In this document: positions 27,209-37,342 of the stretch, one piece after another
Layout of the letters: each line of letters begins with the position of its first letter
How positions within the stretch are numbered: position 1 is the stretch's first letter
Assembly (NCBI GenBank): GCA_965237565.1
Contig: OZ250145.1
Span: forward strand, 1,214,568 to 1,278,567
Direction of reading: 5' to 3'
DNA length: 64,000 nt
From: Bdellovibrionales bacterium
GTDB lineage: Bacteria; Bdellovibrionota; Bdellovibrionia; Bdellovibrionales; UBA1609
Notes under the pieces: generated by a model
Told to the model about the DNA's origin: nothing
Seen by the model: only the letters and a program-made list of their open reading frames with translations
The model's database searches: none
Made by a program: the position numbers and the translations under genes

Positions 27209-28000
27209 TTACCAACGATGGTAACTTCCCTTATGTAAAGACCAAACAGCTACAACATGAAAAATGAATAAACCAAGGAGTGAAACAAAAAAAGCGGTAG
27301 CTAAAGACACATCAGAAACATCCAAAAATCCATAACGAGCCCCATTGATAAAATAAAATAAAGGATTCAAATGTGAAACAGCTTTCCAAAAAGGACTGAG
27401 ACCGTCTAGAGGAAAAAACACTCCTCCCAAAACAATTAAAGGAAAAATAACAAATCCCCCTATGGCGCTAATGTGATCAAAGCTTTTACCGAAAAAACCC
27501 ACAGCGATACCTAATTTTGTGAAAGCTAAGCCTCCAATCGAACAAAATAAAATAAAATAAAAAGGATGCTTCGGAATCAACCAAGCTCCCTCATAGAACC
27601 AATGAAACAACTCACCTACAAGGAGAATGACAGCCCCTACAATCAAACCACGAATCAAACCTCCTAAAGACATAGCCCATATAATTTGTTGCACTCTCAG
27701 AGGAGACACTTTGAGATCCCCTATGTCTCCACCAAATTTCATACCCAAAAGAGAGCTGGAACCATTCTGGTAACTGTTATTCATACAACCCATCACAATT
27801 AGGCCTGGAATTAAAAATTCCAAGTAAGACACTCCCTTTAAAACGATAATGCTTTTTCCCAAACTGATGCCAAAAATCAACAGATAAATAAGAGCATTGA
27901 TAACTGGAATCAACACAGTCTGGGCCATCACTTTGTAAAACCGCTTCACCTCGCGATACAAAAGAATCAAAAAAGGCGTCCATATCAAATCTTGCTTCAA
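27209..28000 (-). CDS. ABC-2 type transporter permease
   Basis: Six-TM ABC-2 (YadH/NodJ-like) profile. 4-nt overlap with the upstream ATPase gene. Confidence 0.85.
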   Translation of the reverse strand: MKQDLIWTPFLILLYREVKRFYKVMAQTVLIPVINALIYLLIFGISLGKSIIVLKGVSYLEFLIPGLIVMGCMNNSYQNGSSSLLGMKFGGDIGDLKVSPLRVQQIIWAMSLGGLIRGLIVGAVILLVGELFHWFYEGAWLIPKHPFYFILFCSIGGLAFTKLGIAVGFFGKSFDHISAIGGFVIFPLIVLGGVFFPLDGLSPFWKAVSHLNPLFYFINGARYGFLDVSDVSLATAFFVSLLGLFIFHVVAVWSLHKGSYHRW

Positions 28001-28887
28001 TGCACGTTCTCCTTTTTCAAGGTACGCTTAAAAGCATCTTCAAGACTGCCTTCTTGTATTTTCAGATCTAAAATGTTGTCATTGGGAAAATTTAGCTCAG
28101 ACAGAAAAGAACCCACTTCCTTTGAATAGGGAATGTGAAACTCCAATTTTTTACCCTCTTGGCGAAATAAATCCGGATGAGAACAATCAGTATTTTCCCT
28201 TAAGATGAAAATCAAACGACGAAAAGTTAATTGATGTATCAAATCCTTTGTATCACCTTGTTTTTCCATCTTCCCTTTGTGAATGATGATCACACGATCA
28301 CAAAGTTGCTCAGCTTCCTCTAAATAATGGGTCGTGAATAAAATAGCCACTCCCGATTTTTTTAGTTCTCTTACTTGATCCCAAATTGAATACCGCAACT
28401 CCACATCCACTCCCGCTGTTGGCTCATCCAACAAAAGCACTTGAGGTTGATGCACTAAGGCTTTGGCTATCATCAATCTTCTTCTCATTCCACCGCTGAG
28501 TTGGCGAACCTTTTTATAACGATGTTCCCAAAGCCCTAATTGTTTCATCAGTTTTTGATTTTGATCCTGATTGTATAACAAACCATAATAGCCTGATTGA
28601 AATTGTAAAATCTCCTCTACAGAAAAATACCCATGAGTGATAATCTCCTGAGGGACAAAACCTATAATGGCTTTCTCCTTTCTGCCAATTTTTTTGTCAT
28701 CAACGGTGACTCGTCCAGATGTGATGTTTTCCAAAGTGACGATTGTAGAAATAATAGAAGTTTTTCCAGCCCCATTGAGACCCAACAAACCAACAATCTC
28801 TCCCGGATTCACTTGAAAAGAAACATCATCCACAGCTCGAAGGGAACCATAATCTTTTACTAGATTGTTTACTTTTAAAACGGCCAT
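27997..28887 (-). CDS. ABC transporter ATP-binding protein (ABC-2/DrrA-YadG-like)
   Basis: Walker A GLNGAGKTS, signature LSGGMRRR, Walker B LLLDEPT. Confidence 0.9.
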   Translation of the reverse strand: MAVLKVNNLVKDYGSLRAVDDVSFQVNPGEIVGLLGLNGAGKTSIISTIVTLENITSGRVTVDDKKIGRKEKAIIGFVPQEIITHGYFSVEEILQFQSGYYGLLYNQDQNQKLMKQLGLWEHRYKKVRQLSGGMRRRLMIAKALVHQPQVLLLDEPTAGVDVELRYSIWDQVRELKKSGVAILFTTHYLEEAEQLCDRVIIIHKGKMEKQGDTKDLIHQLTFRRLIFILRENTDCSHPDLFRQEGKKLEFHIPYSKEVGSFLSELNFPNDNILDLKIQEGSLEDAFKRTLKKENVH

Positions 28888-29070
28888 AATTTCTTTTTAC
28901 TCCCTTAGTAAAAAATACAAAGAAACTCATCTTGCCCAATCCAATAAAACTTTTCAAGTGAAAACAATTTTGAAATTTTTTTAACTAAAGATTTTGGTTA
29001 AAGTTGAAGATTTGACGAAACTGAGAATTTTTTATAAAATATGTAAAATTTTTTTAAAGGACTCTAAAAG

Positions 29071-30021
29071 ATGATAAATACAGATGCAAAGAGATGGCGT
29101 TTCGAAATCATAAACTTTTACAAATTCAAAGCCTTCCCCCTCCCCATCTTAGAAGAATTTAAAAAAGAACTCTTGAAAAAGGGACAAGAAAAAAACATTC
29201 GGGGCCTTATTCTTTTGAGCAAAGAAGGAATCAATGCCAGTGTGTCGGGCGAAGCAACATACATAAAGGAATATCTTCAAGAAATAGAACAACTAACTGA
29301 TATTCATAATATTTTCTATAAAAAAACTCTGTCCAATACGAGAGGATTCAAGCAACTAAGGGTGAAAATCAAAAAAGAAATCCTTACAAGCAAAAAGCCG
29401 GAACCCATACCTGATTTTTCTGATCAAAGTCTCAAACCAAAAGAATGGGAAAAGATGCTTAGTGAAAACCCCATTACCCTCTTGGACATACGAAATGATT
29501 ATGAGATAGATGTGGGCCAATTCAAGGGAGCCAAAGATTTACAACTCAAAGAATTCAGCCAATTTCCAGATAAGCTCAAACGATCAGATTGTCCAAAAAA
29601 ACAAAAAACTTTAATTTATTGCACAGGTGGAATCCGTTGCGAAAAAGCTCTGTTGGAGATGAAAAAACAGGGATTCGAAGAAGTTTATCAATTAAAGGGA
29701 GGGATTTTAAATTATCTTAAAGAGTTTTCTCATAAAAGCTACGAGGGGGAATGTTTTGTTTTTGATCGAAGAGTGGCCGTGAACCAAAATAATGAAGCCT
29801 CTAAAAGATACACTCTTTGTCCACAATGCGGACAAGCGGGGGATCAAAAAATCAATTGTGCCTACTGTAATCAGGAAACAAAGATATGTAAAAAATGCTT
29901 AGCAAAAGATACCAAACATCTAATGACCTGCACAAAAAATTGTGCTTATCACCATAAAATGGGACACCGCTATAAAAGATCGCATAAAAAAAAAGACGCT
30001 ATGCTTGAAAATGAAAAATGA
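29071..30021 (+). CDS. trhO: Rhodanese-domain protein, UPF0176/TrhO (tRNA U34 hydroxylase) family, with Cys-rich C-terminal extension
   Basis: Rhodanese active-site loop CTGGIRCEKA and the family-typical N-terminal domain. The C-terminus is CPQCG...CAYCN...CKKC...CTKNC. Confidence 0.8.
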   Translation: MINTDAKRWRFEIINFYKFKAFPLPILEEFKKELLKKGQEKNIRGLILLSKEGINASVSGEATYIKEYLQEIEQLTDIHNIFYKKTLSNTRGFKQLRVKIKKEILTSKKPEPIPDFSDQSLKPKEWEKMLSENPITLLDIRNDYEIDVGQFKGAKDLQLKEFSQFPDKLKRSDCPKKQKTLIYCTGGIRCEKALLEMKKQGFEEVYQLKGGILNYLKEFSHKSYEGECFVFDRRVAVNQNNEASKRYTLCPQCGQAGDQKINCAYCNQETKICKKCLAKDTKHLMTCTKNCAYHHKMGHRYKRSHKKKDAMLENEK

Positions 30022-30057
30022 TTGCCAGAATGTAAAAAACTTCTACACTTTTACGAT

Positions 30058-30831
30058 ATGAAGCTGTTTCATTTGTTTTTTGTTTTGCTCTATCTCCCTC
30101 TTTTTTCCACGGCTACTATCCCAAAACAAAATCGCCCTTTTCAAGAATTTATCTCCTCAAAAGAAAAAGAAAATATTGTTGTGATTCTCAAACTTCCCTT
30201 AGAGAATCGCAAACAAGCTTTGAAAACCTATGACGGGAGAACTTTTACAATTTTAAAAACCTTGGCTACAAACAAGAAGGAAAATATAGGTTTTCGCTGG
30301 AAATCCTTAACTAGCTTGGCACGAATCTATCCCAAGAAATCTTACCCAATCATTCAGTCAGCACTGAAAAGTTCGAATTGCCTTATAAGAAATGCGGGTC
30401 TTGTTTCCATGGAAATTATCAACCCAGAAAAAAGCCTCGAATGGGCCGGCTATTTTCTGGATGATTCCTCTTTGATTGTAAGAACAGCAGCGGTTGATCT
30501 GATTAAAAAATTGAGGGCGGAAAAATATAAAATTCAGTTGATGGAAAAATTAAATGCACCCGATAGTTTTTACAAAAATAAGAGCTTGTGGATTCGACAC
30601 CACATCGTATCTGCCTTGGTTGATTTTTCAGAACCCGGAGAAGAAAAATTCTTTGTTTTTCTTCTCCATGATGAGGATCCAAGGATCCACTCTCCAGCTA
30701 TTGCCGCACTTGAGAAACTGACAGGGGAAACTTTTGACCTGCCAGAAAAAACGAAAAACATAACCAAAACAAAAAAACAAATGTGGATTTCTTGGTGGTC
30801 GGAAAATCGCCTTGATTCCTCTTCGCTATAA
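30058..30831 (+). CDS. HEAT/PBS-lyase-like repeat protein, exported
   Basis: Start moved to the ATG at 30058 (MKLFHLFFVLLYLPLFSTA signal peptide). HEAT-like units (DDSSLIVRTAAVDLIKKL; DEDPRIHSPAIAALEKL). Confidence 0.55.
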   Translation: MKLFHLFFVLLYLPLFSTATIPKQNRPFQEFISSKEKENIVVILKLPLENRKQALKTYDGRTFTILKTLATNKKENIGFRWKSLTSLARIYPKKSYPIIQSALKSSNCLIRNAGLVSMEIINPEKSLEWAGYFLDDSSLIVRTAAVDLIKKLRAEKYKIQLMEKLNAPDSFYKNKSLWIRHHIVSALVDFSEPGEEKFFVFLLHDEDPRIHSPAIAALEKLTGETFDLPEKTKNITKTKKQMWISWWSENRLDSSSL

Positions 30832-31305
30832 CATGTCTTTTTGTTCAAACTCTTTGGTAGCTTGATCCATTTGGATTTCACGAAACACACGATAGAGTAT
30901 GGATTTTTCTTCCAATCCATCTGAAGGGACGCTTTCCAAACCGCCTATAAAGCCTTTTCGTGTGAAAGCTTTTTTCAGAACCTGAACTTGAACCGTTTTT
31001 TCAGAACCCGTATTCCCCCTAAGCAAATAAATGTAAATTCTGTATTGAAAACCCGGCCATTTTCTTCCTGCATTAAATGGAAGCTTCCATATTTTATCCC
31101 CTTTAATTAGCCCTGTTTTCATATATCCTTCCTTTTTGTTCTCTTCTTCTACGGGATAGTTTTCTAGAGCAAACACAAGGGCTGTCCAGATCTCATCATA
31201 ATCTGCTACAAAAATTTTTGAGATGGGATACGTGACATCTTGAGGTAACTCAAAAATAGTGGTGCAAGCGGGAAAAAATAGAAACAAAAACAGCAAATTC
31301 TTCAT
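30826..31305 (-). CDS. Hypothetical lipoprotein
   Basis: Signal peptide plus lipobox-like FFPAC. The 3' end overlaps the convergent HEAT gene by 6 nt. Confidence 0.55.
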   Translation of the reverse strand: MKNLLFLFLFFPACTTIFELPQDVTYPISKIFVADYDEIWTALVFALENYPVEEENKKEGYMKTGLIKGDKIWKLPFNAGRKWPGFQYRIYIYLLRGNTGSEKTVQVQVLKKAFTRKGFIGGLESVPSDGLEEKSILYRVFREIQMDQATKEFEQKDML

Positions 31306-31465
31306 AAAAATTTCCCTTTACCCAAGAATCACAAACCTCAAGCAAGCCGTCCATTGCAAGCCATCCATCGCTCTCAATCCATAGATTAACCCTAATTTAC
31401 CGATAGGTAAAAATAAAAATTTCACATCTAAAAATCTTTATTTCCAACAATAGATCGAGGCTTAA

Positions 31466-31494
31466 TTGACAGAGCAAAATAAAACCAAGACAAT
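31466..31494 (+). promoter_or_regulatory. Candidate sigma70 promoter for the tRNA gene (TTGACA-N17-GACAAT)
   Basis: Perfect -35 at 31466-31471, a 17-nt spacer, and a 4/6 -10 at 31489-31494. It lies 13 nt upstream of the tRNA 5' end. Confidence 0.35.
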
Positions 31495-31507
31495 AACCGA
31501 CGGATAA

Positions 31508-31584
31508 GGCGGGGTAGCTCAGTTGGTTAGAGCAACGGAATCATAATCCGTGGGCCGGGGGTTCAAGTCCCTCCCCCGCTACCA
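31508..31584 (+). tRNA. tRNA with CAT anticodon (elongator tRNA-Met, or tRNA-Ile2 if lysidinylated)
   Basis: Hand-folded cloverleaf: acceptor GGCGGGG/CCCCGCT (G1-U72 wobble), D arm GCTC-AGTTGGTTA-GAGC, anticodon arm ACGGA-ATCATAA-TCCGT, T arm GGGGG-TTCAAGT-CCCTC, encoded CCA. It lacks the initiator features (no 3xGC anticodon stem, no 1:72 mismatch). Confidence 0.9.
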
Positions 31585-31665
31585 AAATATATTCATGCAT
31601 TAATAAACGAAATGGCTTCCAGAGATCCCTCATCCACCGATTGTTATGAATGGAAAGATCAAGCC

Positions 31666-32394
31666 TTAGGGGGCCAAAGCAATGGTGGTAGCTGTTTCAC
31701 CGATTGCACTCAAAAATTGTGCTTCCATCATGCCGGGTCTCACGCGATTGTCATACAAAAGACGAATCACTGCTCTATCAATGCTAGAATATTCGGTGGG
31801 TTTGTATTGAGGATCTTGCTGAAAAACACTGCTTGGGCAAGTGTAAGAATCTTTCATCAAACCAAAAGACTGAGTCAATTCCTCTCTAATTAAATGGTTT
31901 CTATGCTGAAAATTAGTAATTGTACTCTTTATACAAATATCAGCACCGAGGATGATCGAGAAATCTGCACCACCCAAGTTGCTAATAGAAAAATAACCAT
32001 CCTGCGGGTTGTATACAGGAAAGTTGGGTATGTATCTTTTGCATACATCAGGAGTAACAAAATAAATATTTATGTTGGGATTTTGTTCCACAATATCCAC
32101 ACTAAGCTTCGTTAAGCTAGAAAGCTCGGAGACAACACGCCTCACTTCCGCCAAATCTTGTGCCGTATAAGAACCATGTAACTTAACACGGACGCCGGAT
32201 CTCCATTTCCTTATTATTTTCCTATTATTTTCTTCAAATTCACTGCCAAAGCCAATCTCTCTAAAATAAGAAACAGCGTATTCTTCCTTACAATTTTCCG
32301 GAACATTTTGCGAAAGATCATACACTGGAGGGGCACAACAAATAAGCAAACCAGTCAGAACGAAAGAGAAAAGGACCCGAATAGAGATGATCAT
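31666..32394 (-). CDS. Hypothetical lipoprotein
   Basis: Signal peptide plus lipobox-like LLICC. No confident family assignment. Confidence 0.55.
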   Translation of the reverse strand: MIISIRVLFSFVLTGLLICCAPPVYDLSQNVPENCKEEYAVSYFREIGFGSEFEENNRKIIRKWRSGVRVKLHGSYTAQDLAEVRRVVSELSSLTKLSVDIVEQNPNINIYFVTPDVCKRYIPNFPVYNPQDGYFSISNLGGADFSIILGADICIKSTITNFQHRNHLIREELTQSFGLMKDSYTCPSSVFQQDPQYKPTEYSSIDRAVIRLLYDNRVRPGMMEAQFLSAIGETATTIALAP

Positions 32395-32535
32395 TTTTTA
32401 CGCCTATCATGTGCTTATTAAAAACTCAAGCTTACATGGCAATTGCCCCAGTCTTGACACAGGCGAAATGGATTGTGTAATGGACACAAAAACAATTACA
32501 AAAGTCGGCAAAGCTTGGTTTTTACCAAACAACAA

Positions 32536-33819
32536 TCACAAGAGCGGAAAGGCCTTTTTTCCAGCAAAAAGAGCTCGTTTTCCAAGTAGCTCCTCAATCC
32601 TCAAAAAGCGGTTGTACTTGCTCACCCTTTCCCCTCTGCAAACAGAACCTGTTTTGATCTGCTCGGCTGACCAAGCAATGGATAAATCAGCAATGCTACT
32701 GTCTTCTGTTTCTCCGCTTCGATGTGAAACACAACAAGTGTAGCCCTCCTTGTGAGCCAATTGAATGGCTTCATGAGTTTCTGTCAAAGTTCCCACCTGA
32801 TTCATTTTGGCCAACAAACAATTTGCCATTTTTCTTTCCACGCCTTCCATCAATCTATCTTTGCGTGTTACAAATAAATCATCTCCCACCAGCTGTATTT
32901 TCTTTCCGAGCTTTTCGGTCAGAGAAATCCAATCTCTCCAACCATCTTCAAACAAGCCATCTTCTATGCTGATGAGAGGAAAGCGAGCACTCCATTCCGT
33001 ATAAATGCTAATCAAATCCTCCCCTCGCAATTTTTCCTTTTCCCAAAGATACCACTGGCCCTCTTCATCATAAAATTCTGAAGCTGCGACATCCAAAGCG
33101 AGAACAATTTCTTCTCCCGGAGAGTAACCTGCTTCTTTAATGGACTTCAAAAGCAAATCCATGGCTTGCTCGTTAGTAGAAAGCTTGGGCGCAAAACCTC
33201 CCTCATATCCCACAGAAGTGGCTAGACCCCGTTCTTTTAATTGTTCTCTAAGAGAATGAAAAATTTCAGATGCGGCCTGTATCGCTCTTCGAAATGACTC
33301 AAAACCAAGAGGCACAATCATAAATTCTTGAACACTTAAGCCATTATCTGCATGAACTCCCCCATTTAAAACATTGATCAGAGGTACAGGTAAAATATAG
33401 TCTCCTCCCTCCTCTCCTCCCATCTGTTGAAAAAGCTCTTTTCCTTCCTTCATTGCTTGTGCCTTGGCAAAAGCCAAGGAAATAGCCAAAATAGTGTTCG
33501 CACCCAAGCGTGATTTATTTTTTGTTCCATCCAATTCTATCAAAAAAAGATCCAAAGATTTTTGGCTCTCAATCGAATAATTTTTAATCTCTTTGGAAAT
33601 GTCTTCAATATGAGTCAGACACTTCAAAAGGCCTTTTCCAAAAAAACGACCCTCCTCTCCGTCTCTCAACTCCAGCGCTTCGTGAGAACCGATGGAAGCT
33701 CCTGAAGGAACTGCGGAGCGAGCCGTGATCGAATCATCAAGGCTTAGCTCCACCTCCAAGGCTGGCTGACCTCTGCTATCTAAAATTTCTCGACCACGGA
33801 TATTGGAAACAAAACTCAT
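32536..33819 (-). CDS. eno: Enolase
   Basis: REILDSRG N-terminal motif, SHRSGETED and a LLRIEE-like motif. 427 aa. Confidence 0.95.
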   Translation of the reverse strand: MSFVSNIRGREILDSRGQPALEVELSLDDSITARSAVPSGASIGSHEALELRDGEEGRFFGKGLLKCLTHIEDISKEIKNYSIESQKSLDLFLIELDGTKNKSRLGANTILAISLAFAKAQAMKEGKELFQQMGGEEGGDYILPVPLINVLNGGVHADNGLSVQEFMIVPLGFESFRRAIQAASEIFHSLREQLKERGLATSVGYEGGFAPKLSTNEQAMDLLLKSIKEAGYSPGEEIVLALDVAASEFYDEEGQWYLWEKEKLRGEDLISIYTEWSARFPLISIEDGLFEDGWRDWISLTEKLGKKIQLVGDDLFVTRKDRLMEGVERKMANCLLAKMNQVGTLTETHEAIQLAHKEGYTCCVSHRSGETEDSSIADLSIAWSAEQIKTGSVCRGERVSKYNRFLRIEELLGKRALFAGKKAFPLL

Positions 33820-33867
33820 AACTGAAAAAACCTCTCTCGCATTATCTCATAGGTCTTTGCCACTTCC

Positions 33868-34752
33868 TCATAGTTGATCTTTTATCTTTCTCAATGCTCG
33901 CAAAGTAACATCTAATTGAGATAGGAAAGAGGCCTGATGAGCATCTTCCTTATCCAACTCTCCCCCATCTGAAAGCAATGAACTTTTCATTTGCAAAAGA
34001 TTTTGCTCCATCTCCGAAAGAGTCCCTTGGAGTTCATCCGGTAAGGGATTGCTGTGCAAGAGTAACTGATCCTTCAACTTCCAAATCTCCTTATCCTTTT
34101 GTTTGAGAAGTTCTTTTTGAGAATAAAGTTCTTTCTCAGCTTTTTTAAAGAACCTTTTAAAATCACTAAGTAATTTGGGGTTTAGATTTCGTTCAGAATG
34201 GGACGCAAAAAGAGAAGCTTGGTGGTAGGAATCCTCGTTCCACTGAATTTGGCTGTAATCACGAATCCATTTTACCTCCGCTCTTTGTTGAGCCACGTAA
34301 AGAGGCAGGGCCTCCAAAATGGAACGCAAGTACTCAGTCACAAGAGGATATTGCTCTGAGGAAAGATTGGATTTAAAGCTAACAAAGCCCGGCTTTTTCC
34401 TCATATCCCTAATGGAAAAATTAGAAGATAGGAAGTAGGAAAAAAAAACTGGCAAATTCTCAAACAAAGGTTCAGAACTAATTCGTAAGACGCTGTCCAA
34501 TTCCCCCCAAGACCCCAACTCGGGGCAAGCATGACCCACGCAAACAATGAAATCTTCATCTACAAAATGCTGAGCATATTCTTGAAAAATATTTTTCAAC
34601 AAATACTCCATCTCAGAAATTTTTAGCCACTTGCTAGAGTCCCTGACAAACTCCATCTCCAAAGCAGTCAATTCAGAGAAGCCAGAAACATCCAATTCAC
34701 GCGTTTTCAAAAAGCAATAAAAAGAGTGGATGATTTTAACACTGACCAACAT
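33868..34752 (-). CDS. Hypothetical protein with C-terminal coiled coil
   Basis: ORF track. No motif recognised. The C-terminal ~90 aa are heptad-rich (KELYSQKELLKQKDKEIWKLKDQL). Confidence 0.5.
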   Translation of the reverse strand: MLVSVKIIHSFYCFLKTRELDVSGFSELTALEMEFVRDSSKWLKISEMEYLLKNIFQEYAQHFVDEDFIVCVGHACPELGSWGELDSVLRISSEPLFENLPVFFSYFLSSNFSIRDMRKKPGFVSFKSNLSSEQYPLVTEYLRSILEALPLYVAQQRAEVKWIRDYSQIQWNEDSYHQASLFASHSERNLNPKLLSDFKRFFKKAEKELYSQKELLKQKDKEIWKLKDQLLLHSNPLPDELQGTLSEMEQNLLQMKSSLLSDGGELDKEDAHQASFLSQLDVTLRALRKIKDQL

Positions 34753-34835
34753 AATGCAAAACTGTACAGCTAAATTGATTTTTTTTCTACCAAGCGAGGA
34801 GAAAAATCAATTTTCAAAAAGTGCGTTGCGTTAGG

Positions 34836-35927
34836 TTAGGCAGAGGATTTCAGAGTAAATTTTTCCCTAGGAAAGGGAAATTGGTGGCCAATGATTTCGT
34901 TCATAAATGAGGGCTCCAAACCCGTAGCTTGTATTCGCCCCCCCAAACGACCGAGAGCATAGATGTCTTGCACTTGATAACTCCCTTTGTCCACTCCCTT
35001 CACCTCCGATACATGAGAGACACGACGAGAGCCATCAGGGAATCTGCTAATTTGAATGATCATATCAATGGCTGAGCTAATTTGGTGTTGAAGAGCTCTT
35101 TCACTGAGCTGAGAGTCTGCTCCCTGAGCCAAGGCTTCCAAACGAACCATAGCATCGTTGGGCGTGTTGGCATGAACCGTTCCCAAACAACCTTTATGTC
35201 CCGTATTCATAGCCTGAATCAGATACAAAGACTCTCCTCCTCTCACTTCTCCTACAATGATACGATCAGGCCTCAAGCGAAGAGAACTTTTTAGCAAATC
35301 CTCGACACCCACAGCCCCTCGACCTTTTTCGTCCCCCATTTTTGTCTCAAAAAAAACAACATGCTCATATTCCAATCTCAATTCAGAGGAATCTTCAATC
35401 ACAATCACTCTTTGCCCCTTCGGAATGCAACTGCATAAAACGGACAACAAAGTGGTTTTTCCCGAACCAGCTCCTCCGCTGATTAACATATTTTTTCCAA
35501 GTTTCGTGCAAATATCCAAGAACCGAGCCACATCTAAAGAAAAAGTGCCAAGACGAATGTACTCTTCAAAGTTGATTTGCACAGCAAAAAATTTACGAAT
35601 AGCCATGGTGGTTCCCTTCCTTGCACAAGGAGGAATCACAGCATGAATGCGATAACCATTGGGAAGACGAGCATCCAAACGAGGGGATTCATCATTAATT
35701 CTTCGACCCACGCTTTGGGCGATGTTGTTGACTGCGGCTCTTAGAGAATCTTCATCTAAAAAACGGGCGGAGGATTTGTGAATTTTCCCTCCTTTTTCAA
35801 TCCATATCTCGTCATGTTTGTTGATCATCACCTCTGTCACATTTTCATCCTGAAGGAGATCCCAAATCGGTTCCAAAAAATTCTTGATCGCCGAGCTAAA
35901 CACACTCTCTTTTTTTTCTGATTCCAT
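34836..35927 (-). CDS. CpaF/TadA-VirB11 family type II/IV secretion ATPase (stand-alone)
   Basis: Walker A GGAGSGKTT, Asp box and Walker B (VIVIEDSSEL), His box GHKGCLGTVHAN. No other Tad, T2SS or T4P genes are nearby. Confidence 0.8.
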   Translation of the reverse strand: MESEKKESVFSSAIKNFLEPIWDLLQDENVTEVMINKHDEIWIEKGGKIHKSSARFLDEDSLRAAVNNIAQSVGRRINDESPRLDARLPNGYRIHAVIPPCARKGTTMAIRKFFAVQINFEEYIRLGTFSLDVARFLDICTKLGKNMLISGGAGSGKTTLLSVLCSCIPKGQRVIVIEDSSELRLEYEHVVFFETKMGDEKGRGAVGVEDLLKSSLRLRPDRIIVGEVRGGESLYLIQAMNTGHKGCLGTVHANTPNDAMVRLEALAQGADSQLSERALQHQISSAIDMIIQISRFPDGSRRVSHVSEVKGVDKGSYQVQDIYALGRLGGRIQATGLEPSFMNEIIGHQFPFPREKFTLKSSA

Positions 35928-35974
35928 ACCTGACTTTTCGGAAAATTGGAAAAAAAGATGAAAAATTGATTCTT

Positions 35975-37309
35975 CTACAAAATATTCGCTGCCCTCTCAG
36001 CCAAATCAGATCTTTCCCCTTTGGTGAGGCTTACATGCGAAGACAAAATCTCTGATTTAAATTTTTCAACCGAAAAGGTCAGGCCATTGGTAACTGAATC
36101 TACATAGGGGTTATCAATTTGGTAGCAATCTCCGGTTAAAATTACTTTGGTTCCTTGGCCCGCACGAGTAAGCACTGTTTTGATTTCGTGGGGAGTGAGA
36201 TTTTGCGCCTCGTCTACGATGAGGTACTGATTGGGGATGCTCCTCCCTCGAATATAAGCTAGTGGTTCAACATTCACCAATCCTTGGTTGATTAAGTCCT
36301 CAGCCATGCGAGAAGCCCTTTTGCCCATGCCCATCAAAAACTCTATGCTATCAAAAATTGGTTGCATCCAAGGATTGAGTTTTTGTCCTATATCACCCGG
36401 TAAATAACCAATGTCCCTCCCCATAGGAAACACCGGACGAGAAACCAAAAGTTTTTGAAACGCATTTTCTTCTAGAGTTTTGTGCAAGCCAGCGGCTAGA
36501 GCCAAAAGTGTTTTCCCTGTTCCAGCTTTTCCCAGCAGGGAAACCAGCATACACTCATCGTTCAACAAAGCATCCATGGCGAATTGCTGTTCAACGTTCT
36601 TAGGACTCACACCCCAAATGGCTCCTTCCGGCTGAAAAATAGGAATCAAGGCATCCTTTTTCTTATCATAACGAGTGAGCCCCACTCTTTCTCCCTCTTG
36701 ATTTTTCAACACAACATATTGATTGGGATAGCATTTATTTCTCTCCAGACGCAGACATTTCAGATCTTGAAACTCCACCATTTGCTTTCCTGAAATGGAC
36801 AGAGTTCTCATGCCCGTGTAAAGACTTTCAAAATCTGGCGACTGATCCGGATCATAATCATTTCCCTCAATACCAAAAATATCGGCCTTAATTCGTAAGT
36901 TGATGTCTTTTGTAATCAATTCCAATTTTGCCGAAGGGTTTTGCTTCTGAAGAAGCAAAGCGGTTTCCAGAATGCGATTGTCCGCTTTGTCGGGGTCCAA
37001 CTCAGGCGTTGAAGAAGGAACATTCATGTGAACAAAAAGATAAGAGCCGAATTCGATTTTCACTCCCTCCGTGAGAGAAGCTTTTTGGCGAAGCAAATCT
37101 ATGCACCGATTGAAATGTCTGGCGTTTCGACCTTTTTCTCCCATATCCCTTTTAAATTTATCAATCTCCTCTAGTACAACAAAGGGAATATAAATATCGG
37201 CAGACTTAAACGCCTTGAAAGCAAGGGCGTCATAGAGGAGAGTGCTAGTGTCTAGGATAATTTTTTTATTGAACTTCCCTTTGGAAGCTGAAGCAGAGCT
37301 TTTCAACAT
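35975..37309 (-). CDS. PIN-domain plus PhoH-like ATPase (PhoH2/YlaK family)
   Basis: N-terminal PIN (ILDTSTLLYD ... DNRILE) and C-terminal PhoH with Walker A GKAGTGKTLLAL and IVDEAQN. Confidence 0.85.
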   Translation of the reverse strand: MLKSSASASKGKFNKKIILDTSTLLYDALAFKAFKSADIYIPFVVLEEIDKFKRDMGEKGRNARHFNRCIDLLRQKASLTEGVKIEFGSYLFVHMNVPSSTPELDPDKADNRILETALLLQKQNPSAKLELITKDINLRIKADIFGIEGNDYDPDQSPDFESLYTGMRTLSISGKQMVEFQDLKCLRLERNKCYPNQYVVLKNQEGERVGLTRYDKKKDALIPIFQPEGAIWGVSPKNVEQQFAMDALLNDECMLVSLLGKAGTGKTLLALAAGLHKTLEENAFQKLLVSRPVFPMGRDIGYLPGDIGQKLNPWMQPIFDSIEFLMGMGKRASRMAEDLINQGLVNVEPLAYIRGRSIPNQYLIVDEAQNLTPHEIKTVLTRAGQGTKVILTGDCYQIDNPYVDSVTNGLTFSVEKFKSEILSSHVSLTKGERSDLAERAANIL

Positions 37310-37342
37310 GTTTCACGGATAACACAAAAGATGTGCTAAAAT

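Noticed and set aside
31508-32394. Genomic island integrated at the tRNA(CAT) gene
   Set aside because: There is no integrase, no direct repeat of the tRNA 3' end downstream, and the neighbouring genes (a lipoprotein and enolase) look native.
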